From contig CALSCP010002426.1 of NCBI GenBank assembly GCA_943704425.1, positions 42,565 through 106,564 on the forward strand: a DNA stretch of 64,000 nucleotides, written 5' to 3'. Below are positions 46,645 through 58,500 of this stretch, one piece after another. The DNA is from Ministeria vibrans ATCC 50519. Lineage: Eukaryota; Protista; Filasterea. Below the pieces are notes generated by a model. That model made no database searches and was not told the DNA's origin. It was given only the letters and a program-made list of their open reading frames with translations. Position 1 is the stretch's first letter. Every line of letters begins with the position of its first letter. Made by a program: the position numbers and the translations under genes.

Positions 46645-49600
46645 ATGGCTGATAGCAAATATATATTTTTGAAAGTCCCGCCCAGTCCCTTGTCCACCAT
46701 GAAGCGCCCGCCGCAGGATTGGAGGGAACTGGAAGGGTTAGAACGGAAGCGTGCCAGATGGTTGGCAGAGGAGGAGGAGGAGGACGACGCCCAGAAGGAC
46801 GTGTCTGACTTGCGCCTCATTCGCGTTCTTCGACGCAGCGTTCGTCAGCCGCATCAGACGGTGCACTCGTCGTCTGCTCAGGGCCGTCGACCCGGCGAGA
46901 TGCTCTCTCGCATTGTTGAGAAGATCCGCCGGACAGGGCCTGTCGAAAGAAGTGACGCTCAACGCCCTGCGACCTCCAACGGCGGTTCGACACGAAGTCG
47001 CGAACGCAAAAGCAGTGCGCCCGCTCGAAACGCAAATGCCATTGTCTCCTCACAAACGGCAAGTACGTCAACCTCCTTGCCAGTGGGGTGCTCTTCGTCC
47101 TCGACTACACTCTCAGATACACCGCCACAACACCAAGCAGACTCGGTTGCGCAGTTTCGCTTTGCGCCCTCATCGCTCCAACTCGGCACCTTAGCACAAG
47201 TGCCTCCTGCCGAACTCTTTCAACTACACGTCTCCTCGTTGCCGTCCGTGGGTTCACACCTGCATGCACGCCTCAACGGTCTTGAGCTTGTGCGCGCCTC
47301 GTCAAATCGCCCCATGCTCTTCTCCATTGGCGATCGACGTTGCGTCTCCGTGCTCACCTGTCTGCGCGAGTTGCCCGCTCTCTCCGAGAGCACACGCCTC
47401 CTTTGGCAGCGCTCCCTTGTGATGCATACCCACACGAGCAACGTCGAAATCGGTGTGGTTCCTGTCGCTGCCAGCCAAGCTCATCACACGGCGCGTCTCT
47501 TTTCGCTCGTACGCGACTGCCTTCGCGAGCACGCCTGGAATCTCCTTGATGAAGCTCAGGTGGACACATTCTTTGCTGAAGTTTACACCATGATTCGCTT
47601 GTGGCTTCGCCACTGCCCTTCCCCAGTCTCCGTTCCCACGACCGCGACGCATTTCAGCACCCTGGATGTACACTACCACCTGCTTTGGACTCTTGCAGAA
47701 CTCGTCCAAGCGCAAGAGATGCGACTCGACTCCGTCGCCACCCACTCGTTGAGCGCGGTTGCTTCGTCGCGTACACTGCTTCAGCAGCAGTGTGAGTTTC
47801 TTGTCGTTTACATTGTCCAAGCCATCGTGCAACAGCGCGATTGTCTTGCCGCCGGCTGGAGTGCCCTTGGCGAACTTCTCGTGCTCACTCTGGAGCTGTC
47901 TCCCTCCGACAGTAATACTCTTGACAACGCCTTTCGTTCATCACTTGAAGCATCAGACTCTGTGACCGACACCCTCTTTGCCTGTTGGCACGTCGTCGCT
48001 GTCGTGGCCGCATCAAGCCTCGTTGGCATGGACAAACGCAACGCTCAACGCTCCTGGTCGGCCACCGCGGTGCTTGTTGACGTTACTCCGTCTTGGTCGA
48101 TCCCGGCCGTGCTGAGTCTGTGTGTCTACCTTGCCCGTCGCATTGGTCCTCCCGATACGGCCCTGTGTGCGCGCCTCTGGCTGTCCGTTAAATCTGTCGC
48201 CCTCGCCACCAAAGAGCCCACTACCACAACCATTACCACAACGACAGCCATCAACTCTACATCGCCATCCTCGCCACCGCCAGCCACACTAATTAGTAAG
48301 TTGCCTGCTCAACTTTTGCCTGCCAATGTGCTCGAGGGACTCCGTCTCGACGTGTCCCTGCCCCTGGACAAAGACCCCGATCATGCCTGCCCCGTGTTGC
48401 AGTTTGTCAAGATTATTGCAGTTGTTCATCATGTGCATCGCTATGCCGACGGCGAACGACTGGCCGAACTGGGAAAACAACTGCAGAAACTTGTGTCACG
48501 TGTGTGCGTCGGCCTCCCATCGCTCCTTGTGGTCAACTCACCTCGCGTACTCTCCTGCGTTCTGTCCTCCGCCTCGACAGTGCTTGCCCTCGCCCATGTG
48601 CTCACCAACACCCAACAGTTGTCGATGCTTGAACAGTCACTCTTGTCACTGGTTGCCGTCGATCATGCGCGCACCAGCTCCGTGGCACTGGAACAGTACT
48701 CCCTCGCGCTTCTATCTCTGGCTTTGCTCTGGCAGCAACGCTCTCGTCCCGTTGCCGATTTACTTGGCCGCGTCACCGACTCGTTGCGTGTGCTCTCGCG
48801 CCGTTTGCGCCGTGCCCAAGGTCCAGCAGGTGTGTCGGTTGCGGTGGGCATTGAAGATCGCATAGTGTCTATTTTGAATGCGGGTGCCTTGCTCTTTGGC
48901 TCGAGTAGACGGGGCGAGCTATCACCGTGCTGTGGTGAAGCGTCCCTTGTAAGCGCGCTTCTGACCTCGCTCACTCACGATCACAGTGTGGTCGTCTTGA
49001 ATGCGACGCTTACCCTGCTCGCCCACATTGTGGAGCAGACGCGACTGACAAGTGGCGAGGTTGCCAGCTCGGCAAAGACAGCAGCAGCAACGACGGTGAA
49101 ATCGTCTGGAGTGCCCCCTGCTCCTGGGCACACGGTTGCTGCCTCGACCGTGGTAGCGACTGTTCCTTCAGCAGTGACATCGGTTGAAGTGGATTCACTA
49201 GAGATGATGCTCGACGTGGACGAGGAGGCCTTGCTCGAGTTGTGCAACCAGGTTGAAAAGGGCGGTGACGATGCCGCCAACATTGTTGTACATTGTCCCG
49301 ACATTCCCACAAGCACGCACACATCGCGTCGTTTTGTCTACGATTCGGCATGGCGCAAACACGCTCGTGACACACTCGCCGTGTTTGCACGAGGGACCCT
49401 CTCCACATTGGTTCTTCCAGCGCTATCAACGCTACTTGATGACCGTTTCCGCTCACCATCTACCCTCACTGCCACCGGCCCTGCACTTGCCAGCACCTAT
49501 GCTGCTGCTGCTCCCACCGCTTTGCGTCACGCTACACCCATTGTCACCATCTCCTATCGTACGTTTTTATGCATCACCGACACTCTGGCGTCGCTCTGCA

Positions 49601-51603
49601 CCATTTTGTGCACTTACAATATACTGAGCGAGAGTCAAGTGAGCAATCGCTTTGGCTTTCGCTCGCCCTGGCTCGAACATGGATCTCGTTCCAAACGCGA
49701 ATTTGTTTATCGCTTCACGCTGCGTCGCCTCAAGGACCATCACGAGATGCACGGCGCGGCCCTTGAGTGTCCCGCGTCGCACCAGGCCGCCCACGAGGAC
49801 GAGACTCTTTTGGTTTTATGGGCGTTGTTGGAGCCACAACTTTGTGTTCAACCCGATCTCCTTGTCAATCTGTTTCGCCTTCCTTGTCTGTTGCTAGATC
49901 CGCTGATGGTCGATGGTGGTAGCGACAACGAAGTTCATGGTGCGAGCGGCAATGACATCGAAGCAGAACGCGCACTGCGTGCCTCCATTCTCGCCTGGTG
50001 TACGCCGCCCACTGTCGAACGGCATTGCAGCACAAGCGAGGCCACGTCTCAGTCTATGTCTCAGAGTTTGCTGCAGAATCGTGCGGTCACAGTGGGCCAT
50101 GTGGTACGCGTGATTCGTCGCAATGGCGGTGCCAAACTTGCTGTGCGCACCTGCGACACGATTGCTGCGGCGATTCTTCGCATGCGGCTAGAGTTTCCCG
50201 ACTCAGCATTTGCATCAACACCAGCAACTCCAACAACCGCCTCAACGTCATCGTCGCGGCTGGAGCCGGCAGTTTGTGCTACTGCAACTGGGGATGCACT
50301 GGCACTGACCGTCTACCTTGAACAGGTGTACGCCGTGACGGCCATTCTTGTGCGCGACTGCAGCGAGTCCATGTATCCACGCCACCAAATGGGCACCAAT
50401 GCATTGACCGTGCTGATGCGCGAGACGTTTAGTGTATCTCTTGCTGACTCTTCTCCCGTTCTCGTGCCCCATCGTCTGAGCGCCATGGAAACCCATCTTG
50501 CAGACCTGCTCTCGGGCTTTGCTCTTCTCTTTCGACATCCCGACGCCTATCTTGAGCGTGTGCTTGCCGACGTGACCGCGCACAGCGTCCATCAGGGTGG
50601 CACGGCAATTGGTGCACTAGCCAATGCACTCACAATAGATTGCAGCGCGACATGCCCCGGCGTGACTGCCGCCGGTATGGCCCACCTGCGTCGCTTTGTT
50701 TACGAGACACGGGTGCGCCAGTGCTTACTCTCAGCTCAAACCACGCACCAGACCATTGGCCTCAAATTGGCGACTCTCATGCAGGGCAATGTACTTCGCA
50801 CACTTGATGAGATATTGCGGCCGCTTCGTGGCGCTGTCCTGCCCGATGCGCTTCCGTCGCGCGCACACCATCTTTTGAGGGCCCTTGAGCAAGACTTGGC
50901 TGTGGTGCTTCCCCTGCATGTTGACGCTCTTTCGCTACCCTCGGCCGGCGGCATTCTTCGTGACGGTCATTTGCGACGCTGTACCGACACGTTTGACTTT
51001 GCCAAAAGCGTCTTTCATCGACTGGGCAAGGTGTTTGGGGCTCACGCGACGACATGGACACCCTTTTGCATGAACTCCATTGCCGTGTTTGCGCGTGCCG
51101 TCTTCTCCTCCGGTCTCCACGCCGTGTCGCTTTATCTACGTAATGATGCGGCCGTTGGAGTGGCCACCCTTGTGGCCGAGCACGAGGCCTTGGGTGTGCC
51201 CAGTGAGTCACAACGTGCGTCACACTACGAGGCCCTTCATCTTTCTGCTCCGCGTTCATCGCCCCTCTGCGACCGTTTCACCATGACCCACGCACTCCCG
51301 AGTGTCGATCACCACCCTCCACCTGCACCTGTCACTCTCCAAGCGCCTATTTTGAGTTTTCTACGCGCTCTTCTAGCTTGCCTTGCACTCGACGCTATCG
51401 CGCCCGCAACCCGTCTGGAGGCCCTTCGCACCGTGTCGACGCTCCAGCAGCTGGCGAGCATGTCTCGCGACTCTCCCACTCGCAGGTCCTTTCTCAACTT
51501 TTATGTGGGCTTTCTTCGACGATGCCCCACCCATCTCTCCACTTTGTACCTTCCTACCATCACGCAACGCGGACGTCCCACTCCCACCCCCAATCTGTTG
51601 TAG
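46645..51603 (+). CDS. MMS22L: MMS22-like DNA repair protein
   Basis: 1652-aa intronless helical ORF. RLFSLVRDCL, HFSTLDVHYHLLWTL, LLQQQCEFLV and RLSAMETHLADLLSG...PDAYLERVLADV resemble recalled MMS22L blocks (HLHLDIHWLVLE; QLSAIQKSLPLYLQG...PNAYLNQLLGNV). The start may be 46699. Confidence 0.65.
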   Translation: MADSKYIFLKVPPSPLSTMKRPPQDWRELEGLERKRARWLAEEEEEDDAQKDVSDLRLIRVLRRSVRQPHQTVHSSSAQGRRPGEMLSRIVEKIRRTGPVERSDAQRPATSNGGSTRSRERKSSAPARNANAIVSSQTASTSTSLPVGCSSSSTTLSDTPPQHQADSVAQFRFAPSSLQLGTLAQVPPAELFQLHVSSLPSVGSHLHARLNGLELVRASSNRPMLFSIGDRRCVSVLTCLRELPALSESTRLLWQRSLVMHTHTSNVEIGVVPVAASQAHHTARLFSLVRDCLREHAWNLLDEAQVDTFFAEVYTMIRLWLRHCPSPVSVPTTATHFSTLDVHYHLLWTLAELVQAQEMRLDSVATHSLSAVASSRTLLQQQCEFLVVYIVQAIVQQRDCLAAGWSALGELLVLTLELSPSDSNTLDNAFRSSLEASDSVTDTLFACWHVVAVVAASSLVGMDKRNAQRSWSATAVLVDVTPSWSIPAVLSLCVYLARRIGPPDTALCARLWLSVKSVALATKEPTTTTITTTTAINSTSPSSPPPATLISKLPAQLLPANVLEGLRLDVSLPLDKDPDHACPVLQFVKIIAVVHHVHRYADGERLAELGKQLQKLVSRVCVGLPSLLVVNSPRVLSCVLSSASTVLALAHVLTNTQQLSMLEQSLLSLVAVDHARTSSVALEQYSLALLSLALLWQQRSRPVADLLGRVTDSLRVLSRRLRRAQGPAGVSVAVGIEDRIVSILNAGALLFGSSRRGELSPCCGEASLVSALLTSLTHDHSVVVLNATLTLLAHIVEQTRLTSGEVASSAKTAAATTVKSSGVPPAPGHTVAASTVVATVPSAVTSVEVDSLEMMLDVDEEALLELCNQVEKGGDDAANIVVHCPDIPTSTHTSRRFVYDSAWRKHARDTLAVFARGTLSTLVLPALSTLLDDRFRSPSTLTATGPALASTYAAAAPTALRHATPIVTISYRTFLCITDTLASLCTILCTYNILSESQVSNRFGFRSPWLEHGSRSKREFVYRFTLRRLKDHHEMHGAALECPASHQAAHEDETLLVLWALLEPQLCVQPDLLVNLFRLPCLLLDPLMVDGGSDNEVHGASGNDIEAERALRASILAWCTPPTVERHCSTSEATSQSMSQSLLQNRAVTVGHVVRVIRRNGGAKLAVRTCDTIAAAILRMRLEFPDSAFASTPATPTTASTSSSRLEPAVCATATGDALALTVYLEQVYAVTAILVRDCSESMYPRHQMGTNALTVLMRETFSVSLADSSPVLVPHRLSAMETHLADLLSGFALLFRHPDAYLERVLADVTAHSVHQGGTAIGALANALTIDCSATCPGVTAAGMAHLRRFVYETRVRQCLLSAQTTHQTIGLKLATLMQGNVLRTLDEILRPLRGAVLPDALPSRAHHLLRALEQDLAVVLPLHVDALSLPSAGGILRDGHLRRCTDTFDFAKSVFHRLGKVFGAHATTWTPFCMNSIAVFARAVFSSGLHAVSLYLRNDAAVGVATLVAEHEALGVPSESQRASHYEALHLSAPRSSPLCDRFTMTHALPSVDHHPPPAPVTLQAPILSFLRALLACLALDAIAPATRLEALRTVSTLQQLASMSRDSPTRRSFLNFYVGFLRRCPTHLSTLYLPTITQRGRPTPTPNLL

Positions 51604-51703
51604 TAAATTTGTCCATAACAATTATAATTCTGTGTAACATTCCAAAGGAAATGGTGAAGAGAGAGAGAAAAAACGAGAGAGAAAGAAACATAGTGACAAA
51701 GAC

Positions 51704-54700
51704 TCACACGGCCTTGTGATCGTCAATGAGTGCCTGCACACACGACGGATCCGCCAAAGTAGACAAATCTCCAAGCGCGTCCGCTTCTCCGTGAACAATC
51801 TTACGCAGAATTCGTCGCATAATCTTGCCAGAGCGCGTTTTGGGAAGACCTAGAAAGCAAAAGCAGATTTGCAATGTTATTGTTGTTAAAAATGAAAAGA
51901 AAAACGAAAGTCAACGGAAGTACACCTTTTGAGGCAATTTGAAACTGGTCGGGCTGCGCAAAGGGACCCACAATGGATCGAACGCATTGCTTCAGTTCTT
52001 TCTAGACTCGAGAACATATTTAAAAAAACAAGAAAAAAAAACAAGAGTTATGTGTGATCAAAACGATGCAACCTCGAGAGCTCACACCTGCAATTCGTCA
52101 GTGAGTTGAGTAGCGCCGGCCGTGAGCACGAGAAAGACGTAGCTGCCCTCGCCCTTGATGGGGTGTGGGTACCCCACGACGGCTGCCTCGCCGACATGCT
52201 CGGAGGTCATGAGAGCACTCTCAATCTCTGCTGTGCCAATGCGGTGTCCCGATACCATCAGCACGTCGTCGGTTCTACCCGTAATCCAATAGTAGCCATC
52301 TTCGTCGCGCTCGGCTCCGTCACCCGTCGAGTAATGTCCAGGAAATTTGTCAAAGTAGACGCTTGTGAAGCGGTCGTGGTCGCCATAGACCGTACGACAC
52401 TGTCCTGGCCATGAACCACTCATCACCAAGTGTCCCTAGCAAAGCAAAAAGCGATTCATATTAGTTGCAATAGAAGTCCGTTGGTGGAACGATGGCAATG
52501 TACTCGGGCTTTTCCAGTGAGAACTTGGCCAGTCATTCCGTCAACCAGCGTCGGCTGCACACCAAAAAAGGGGAGACTGGCTGAGCCGGGTTTCTGAGGA
52601 GTACAACCGGGCAGACCAACCAGCATGTGACCGCCTGTCTCGGTCTGCCAGAAGGTGTCAACAATGGAGCAGGTGTTGCGGCCGACCACCGAGTGGTACC
52701 AGTGCCAGGCCTCTGGGTTGATGGGCTCGCCAACCGAGCCGAGCACACGCAACGACGACAGGTCGTGTGCGTCGACGGGTCCGCTGCCCATCTGCATGAG
52801 CGATCGGATGGCGGTCGGTGCAGTGTAGAACGAGTTCACGCGATATTTTGCACAGATTTGCCACAATCGTGACTGGACCATAAAAAAATGAGAAGAAGGA
52901 AGGTAGAATCAGGCAAGAATGGAAGAGTAAGATATAAATTGAGTTGTGCAAGCATCGTACCGCATCGGGAAACGTTGGAATTCCCTCAAAGAGCACACTT
53001 GTTGCTCCATTGAGCATAGGGCCATAGGTAATGTACGAGTGACCAGTGATCTACATGAGAGGGAGCGAGAGGGGGATTTTTGTGTATAGAGTGAGTGGAT
53101 TTGACTTTGTGTGTGAGGTGATGTGGTGTGACTGTTTGCGTGACTGTTTGTGTGATGCGGTTACCCAACCACAATCGGCAGTGCAGAAGAAGACGTCGTC
53201 GGGATGGTAGTCAAAGACATACTTGAAGGTGGTAGCTGTCCATAATTGGTAGCCACCGTGAGTGTGCACCACTCCTGAAACACAAAAAAAAAGAAAAAGA
53301 AAGTAGGAGGAAATAAGTAAGTAAACTGCTGCAAGCAAGATAGAAAGAGACCATTACCTTTGGGCTGAAAGAAGGGAAGAAATGAAGAGAGAGAGAGAGA
53401 GAGGAGGGGAAAGAAACATAGTGAAAGAGAGAGAGAAACAAGTAAGAGAGAGAGAGAAACAAGTAAAAGAGAGAGAAAAACAAGTAAAAGAGAGAGAGAA
53501 ACAAGTAAGAGAGAGAGAGAGAGAAACAAGTAAAAGAGAGAGAGAAACAAATAAAAAAGAGAGAGAAACAAGTAAAAGAGAGAGAGAAACAAATAAAAGA
53601 GAGAGAGAAACAAATAAAAGAGAGAGAGAGAAACAAATAAAAGAGAGAGAGAGAAACAAGTAAAAGAGAGAGAGAAACAAGTAAAAGAGAGAGAGAAACA
53701 AGTAAAAGAGAGAGAGAAACAAGTAAAAGAGAGAGAGAAACAAAGTAACAAAGTAAGTGTAGTATGACATGAAATGCAAGTGTACCTTTCCTGTGGAACC
53801 AGAGGTGTAAAGCATAAAAAGTGGGTCTTCAGCGGAGAGCCAAACGCAGGGACAGAGAGCGGGATCACCCGAGGTTTCTTGGGCAGCCGAATGCCACCAG
53901 ACATCGCGATCCTGGCGCATAAAGAGAGGAGTGCCGTTGTAGTCGCTGCCGAGCGTTTGCACCACAATGCACTTGTCGACTTGGAATCCATCGGCCGCAC
54001 TGCTCTCCATCGCTTTGTCCGCAATGGACTTGAGCTCGATCAACTTGCGTCCGCGAAACACTCCGTCTAGCCAGACCAGAGAGAACAGATGAAGCAGGTG
54101 CAAAAGAGTCACAAAAAAAACAGTGAAGAATAACCTACCGGCAGTAATGAGCACACGACTTTGGGAGTCGACAAGACGCGACGCGAGAGCAGGCGCAGAG
54201 AAGCCACCAAAGACGACGGAGTGAATGGCGCCAATGCGGGCACAGGCAAGCATGCACGCCACAATTTCGACCACCATGGGCATGTAAATGGCAACACGGT
54301 CGCCTTGTTTGATCCCGTACTTTTTGAGAACAAGCGCAAACTTGACAGTGAGCGCCAGCATGTCGTTGTACGTGTACGTTGATGTGTTGCTTGGATCATT
54401 GCCCTCAAAGAAGAAGCACGTCTTGTCGCCCAGCCCGTTCTTGACATGGCGGTCCAGGGCATTGTAGCATATGTTGGTTGTGGCGCCGTCAAACCACTGG
54501 ATGGAGACGGGCTCTAGGAAGGAGGAGAAGGAGGAGGGAGGAAGGGCGAAAGAATTGGTCAGGGCGAAACAAAACACATTCGCTGTGGGTCCAACAGACG
54601 CAGAAAACGCCGTGGAGGAGACAAGAACACGGACGGATCGGTGCTCAGCATAAAGTTACACCACTGGGAGGCATGTCACTGCACGGAGAACGCACGCAGA

Positions 54701-54936
54701 GCGACAGAGGAGAGCGAAAAGCAATTTGAAAAGTGCATCAACCGACGAAGAAGCACAACGGCGGCGGCAGCAGCAAGAAATGCCAAGTGCAATGATAACT
54801 GGAGTAAGTGCAAGACGTACTGGTGAACGAGTGGGAGTGAAAGGAAGTCCAGGGTGTCTCGTAGTGAAGATCAAGCTCGTTGATCATTGCCGACCAAAAC
54901 TTCTCCGGTTCCTCAATGGATTGTTGGTACATTTCC
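51704..54936 (-). CDS. Acetyl-CoA synthetase (ACS/ACSS2-like), 5'-truncated
   Basis: [32 protein letters not shown]|PK|GVVH, TADCGW|[49 protein letters not shown]. Many introns, including a 7-nt exon at 53358-53364. First exon(s) missing. Confidence 0.96.
53425..53745. repeat. Intronic minisatellite, ~21-23-nt unit GAGAGAGAAACAA(G/A)TAAAA
   Basis: About 15 head-to-tail copies without unique spacers. Confidence 0.92.
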
Positions 54937-54974
54937 CTGCGCCAACCATGTACCATGAGAAGATGATGGTATAG

Positions 54975-55069
<95 letters not shown>

Positions 55070-55147
55070 AGTGATAGAGAGAGAGAGAGAAACAAAGTGA
55101 TAGAGTGAGAAACAAAGTGGCAGAGAAACAAAGTGATAGAGAGAGAG
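54975..55147. repeat. (GA)n tract plus GAAACAAAGTGATAGA units between the truncated JmjC and ACS genes
   Basis: Direct reading. Confidence 0.95.
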
Positions 55148-55243
55148 AAAACGAACGTCGGTCAGTGAGTCTTTTTTGATCCACACAAAAAAAGTAAAGA
55201 AGCCATCAAACAATCTCAATACAAAACAATAGTAGAATCGTAC

Positions 55244-57344
55244 AGCTTCCTGCATAACCCGCTCATATTTCACGTTCGCAAATTCGGGATAGGTAATAAG
55301 ATCAACCCATTCGCCATTGATGGGAGAGTCATCACTGCCCGTTGTTTCACGCCAGTCCGTCTTGTCGTAATAGCCACTGTACATTGGAACCTAAGCAAAA
55401 GACAGAGAAAATCAATGAAAAAGAGTGAATGAATGAGAATAAAGTGAGTGAGTGAGAGTAAAAGACAAACGTACAAAGGGAAAATGACACAATGCGTGCT
55501 CCCTATTTATATATTGATAACTGTGATGTTCTTACTTTGTCAATCTCAGTGGTGCTATCAATGAAAAACCATTCTTTTTGTCCGGAAAACAGACACATCA
55601 TTCCTTCATTCATATCGTAATGAATAACCGACCGAGAGTGATTTTTGCCCTGTTTTCATAAAAATGAATGAGGCGCAGATTTTTTTTTGTTTTTTTTCTT
55701 TCCTTACTTCGTTGTAACTCATCCAAAAGTTCGTTTCGTACATTTGGGTGAGCCAAGGACGGTCGAGATCACGGTCGAGTTTGTGGCGTTTGCCGCATTG
55801 CCATGAAGGGGGAACGTAAATGTCCTATTACCGGTGAATGTTAGGGTGTGTGAAAAGGAGCTTTCTCTCTCATCTGATGTTCTTGACAGATGCCTTCTTT
55901 TGAATTTACCTTGAACATGCCGTGCGGGAGTTGAGTGATGACATAACGGTCGGCAGTGAGGTAGTAACCGGGTTCGAGAAATTTGCCCAGTTTCATAAAA
56001 GTCGGATCTCCACGATAGACATCCTATAACAGACAATGTGTGCAGCGTAACAAGTTTAATAGTATTAAACGTGTGTCCATAAGTGAGAGAGAAAAAAGAA
56101 GAAACAAAGGAAAAAAAACGAGAAAAATATTAGGCATAAAAAGAGACTTACGTCGGGACACTCGATAAGTTTCCCCATTTTGATCTGTCCGCAATAGTCG
56201 CCCAGACGATCCTCCTTCTTTGGCTCGTACTTGACCTTGTAATGACCAAAGTTCTCGCGCATGTACTCGTCAGTCCATTTTGTGAATGCAGGCGATTTCT
56301 TTGCGGCTCCCTTGAACAACACTGGCTTGTTCTTCATCACATATTCACGCCAGAAATACTGAAAAAAAAACACTTGCGTTAAAGCGACACTCTGTACTAA
56401 TCACGATTGATGGTTCTACGTTACCTCTGGGTCGGGGGCACCATCAAAGACATCGACAGGGCCAGGGGGTGCAAACTCGCCCAGCGGCTTGCCGTGGCCT
56501 GCAGGAACACGGCTCGCCTCAATGCAGCTCTTGTCGCCTTTGGGACACTGGAACATCAGAGAAAAGAAGAGTAGAGTAGTCGGGGGTAAGTAGAGTTATA
56601 CACAACCAAGAACTAACTATAACAGAGTGTGTGCGCTTAGTGTGTGTGTGTGTGTGTTTGTATAGTGTGAGTACTTTGTGTGTGTATATGTGTGTATGAG
56701 TGTGCGTATGATCTATATGAGGGTGTGCATGTGCGTTTGTGTGATTGGGGGGTGTGTGCTTAGTGTGTGAGTGTCTCTCTCTGTGCGAATGAGAGTGCGA
56801 GTGAGAAAGAAGTAAAGTCAAAATGTGAACTTTTCAAACTATTACGGACTCAGAATACACCAGCGAGTCCTTTCGAGTGATACATACAACGCAGTTGCCT
56901 GCACGAAACGGCACAACAGTTCCCCAAACGGCAAAAATAAAGCGTAAAACAAACGTCACAGAACAAAGACCAATTTCTGTCCAAAGACGATCCTTGCAGC
57001 AAAGAGGACGCGTTGAGAGGTAGGCGAACGGTGGGCACTGCAACGAGAGCGGAAAAGCAGGGCAAAGGAAAGCGCAGGAGACTCGCAATAGCGAGAAAGG
57101 TCAACCGCAAATATATAAAAAAAGTTCGATTCAGCCAAAAGCTGAAACGAGAAGTAATAAAGAACAGCACATACACACGCACACGACGTACCGATCCGTC
57201 TGGGACAATGTCAATGTCAGACACTCGTGCTTTCTGGCTGGCGCGGTGTTGTTGACGACGATCCGAATTATCCTTTGGTTTTGCACCAGTCACAAGCGAC
57301 AGCAGGGCAAGGGCGATGATCAGTGTTGGCCAGGAGGCTCGCAT
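55244..57344 (-). CDS. Signal-peptide-bearing JmjC/cupin_8 2-oxoglutarate oxygenase, 3'-truncated
   Basis: MRASWPTLIIALALLSLVTGA; GHGKPLG; FWREYVMKNKPVLFKGAA...KWTDEY; NFWMS|...SVIHYD...GQKEW; VDLITYPEF...QEA|. The exon with the distal His is absent. Confidence 0.8.
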
Positions 57345-57789
57345 GCTGAAGGACGGATGAACGAGATATATTTACTGAATAATGAGATTTGTAATTGGAT
57401 ATGAATAATGAAACGAATTTCTTGTGGATTTATTTCTTTCACCCTTTTTGCGTGCCATGTAAGCCATACACAATCTCTCGTCCTTTTATGTCATGCACCG
57501 AGACCATTCATGCTGAAACAAAACACAAGAACAATAATAATAATATCATCATTTCATTCGTCAGTTCGTCGCATGTCGCTTCTGACATCGTTTCTGCCGC
57601 TTCCTGCGCTGCCAGCACGACGCCTGGCCGCGCACGGTCTTCGCCAGGCCAGCAGACACAGCAGGGCAGCCAAGAAGAACGGAAAGCTCAAGAAAAACGC
57701 TGTGGATGCGTCAGGAGGAGCGGTGGGCAGTCGCAACACGAAAACGCACATCTTTGTGTGTTTCATTCACGCTCTCTCTCACACACTCC

Positions 57790-57835
<46 letters not shown>

Positions 57836-58137
57836 GTCTCTTTTGAATGCAGCCACATCACACGTCTTTGGTGTGTGTTTTATTGGTGTACATGTATTGC
57901 ATTGGTCGAGAGAGTCCAACAAAGTGCGTATGAGTGTGCGTCGTCTATTGGTTTTTGTTTTGTCTTTTTTTGCCTTCCTCTCTTCCTCTCTCCCTCTCCT
58001 CTCTCCTCATTTTGATAGTTTCATGTCTTATTTCATCTGTGTACAACCTTCTTTGAAATGTCTCTCTTTTTGTCTTCCCTGTGGTTAACTTGTTTAATGA
58101 CTTGTGTCTCACTCACTCTCTCTCTCTCATTCTGTAG

Positions 58138-58500
58138 CAAACGTCGGATCGCGCTGAAATCCAACTGTCCGACAACGAAACTGTCAACGTAGAGTTGAAT
58201 CCTGGAAGCGAGTTCACCACGTATGTCGAGGTTGGCGGAGAGGTACACGACAAAAACACTATCATAATAATAATTATTATTATTATTTGTCGCTTTTCGT
58301 TTGATGGATAATAAATTTCATATTATTGTAGGTTCAACCCGATGGATCGCTCAAAGAAATGTGGAGCTACAACATTGGACCTGAGTTTGGTATTGAGACA
58401 AATATAAAAACTCGTAACACAAACAAACTAACTGTTTACAACAGACCTGGCCAACTATGAAGCAGGCCTGCAGGCATACCAGAAGAACTACCCACAGTGA
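58138..58500 (+). CDS. RPA3: Replication protein A 14-kDa subunit, last three exons; 5' exons uncertain (57573-57950)
   Basis: QTSDRAEIQLSDNETVNVELNPGSEFTTYVEVGGE|VQPDGSLKEMWSYNIGPEF|DLANYEAGLQAYQKNYPQ*. YVEV-G and FDLxxY are RPA3 motifs. Confidence 0.7.

Noticed and set aside
53425-53745. CRISPR-like array
   Set aside because: No unique spacers, low complexity, eukaryotic intron, no cas genes.
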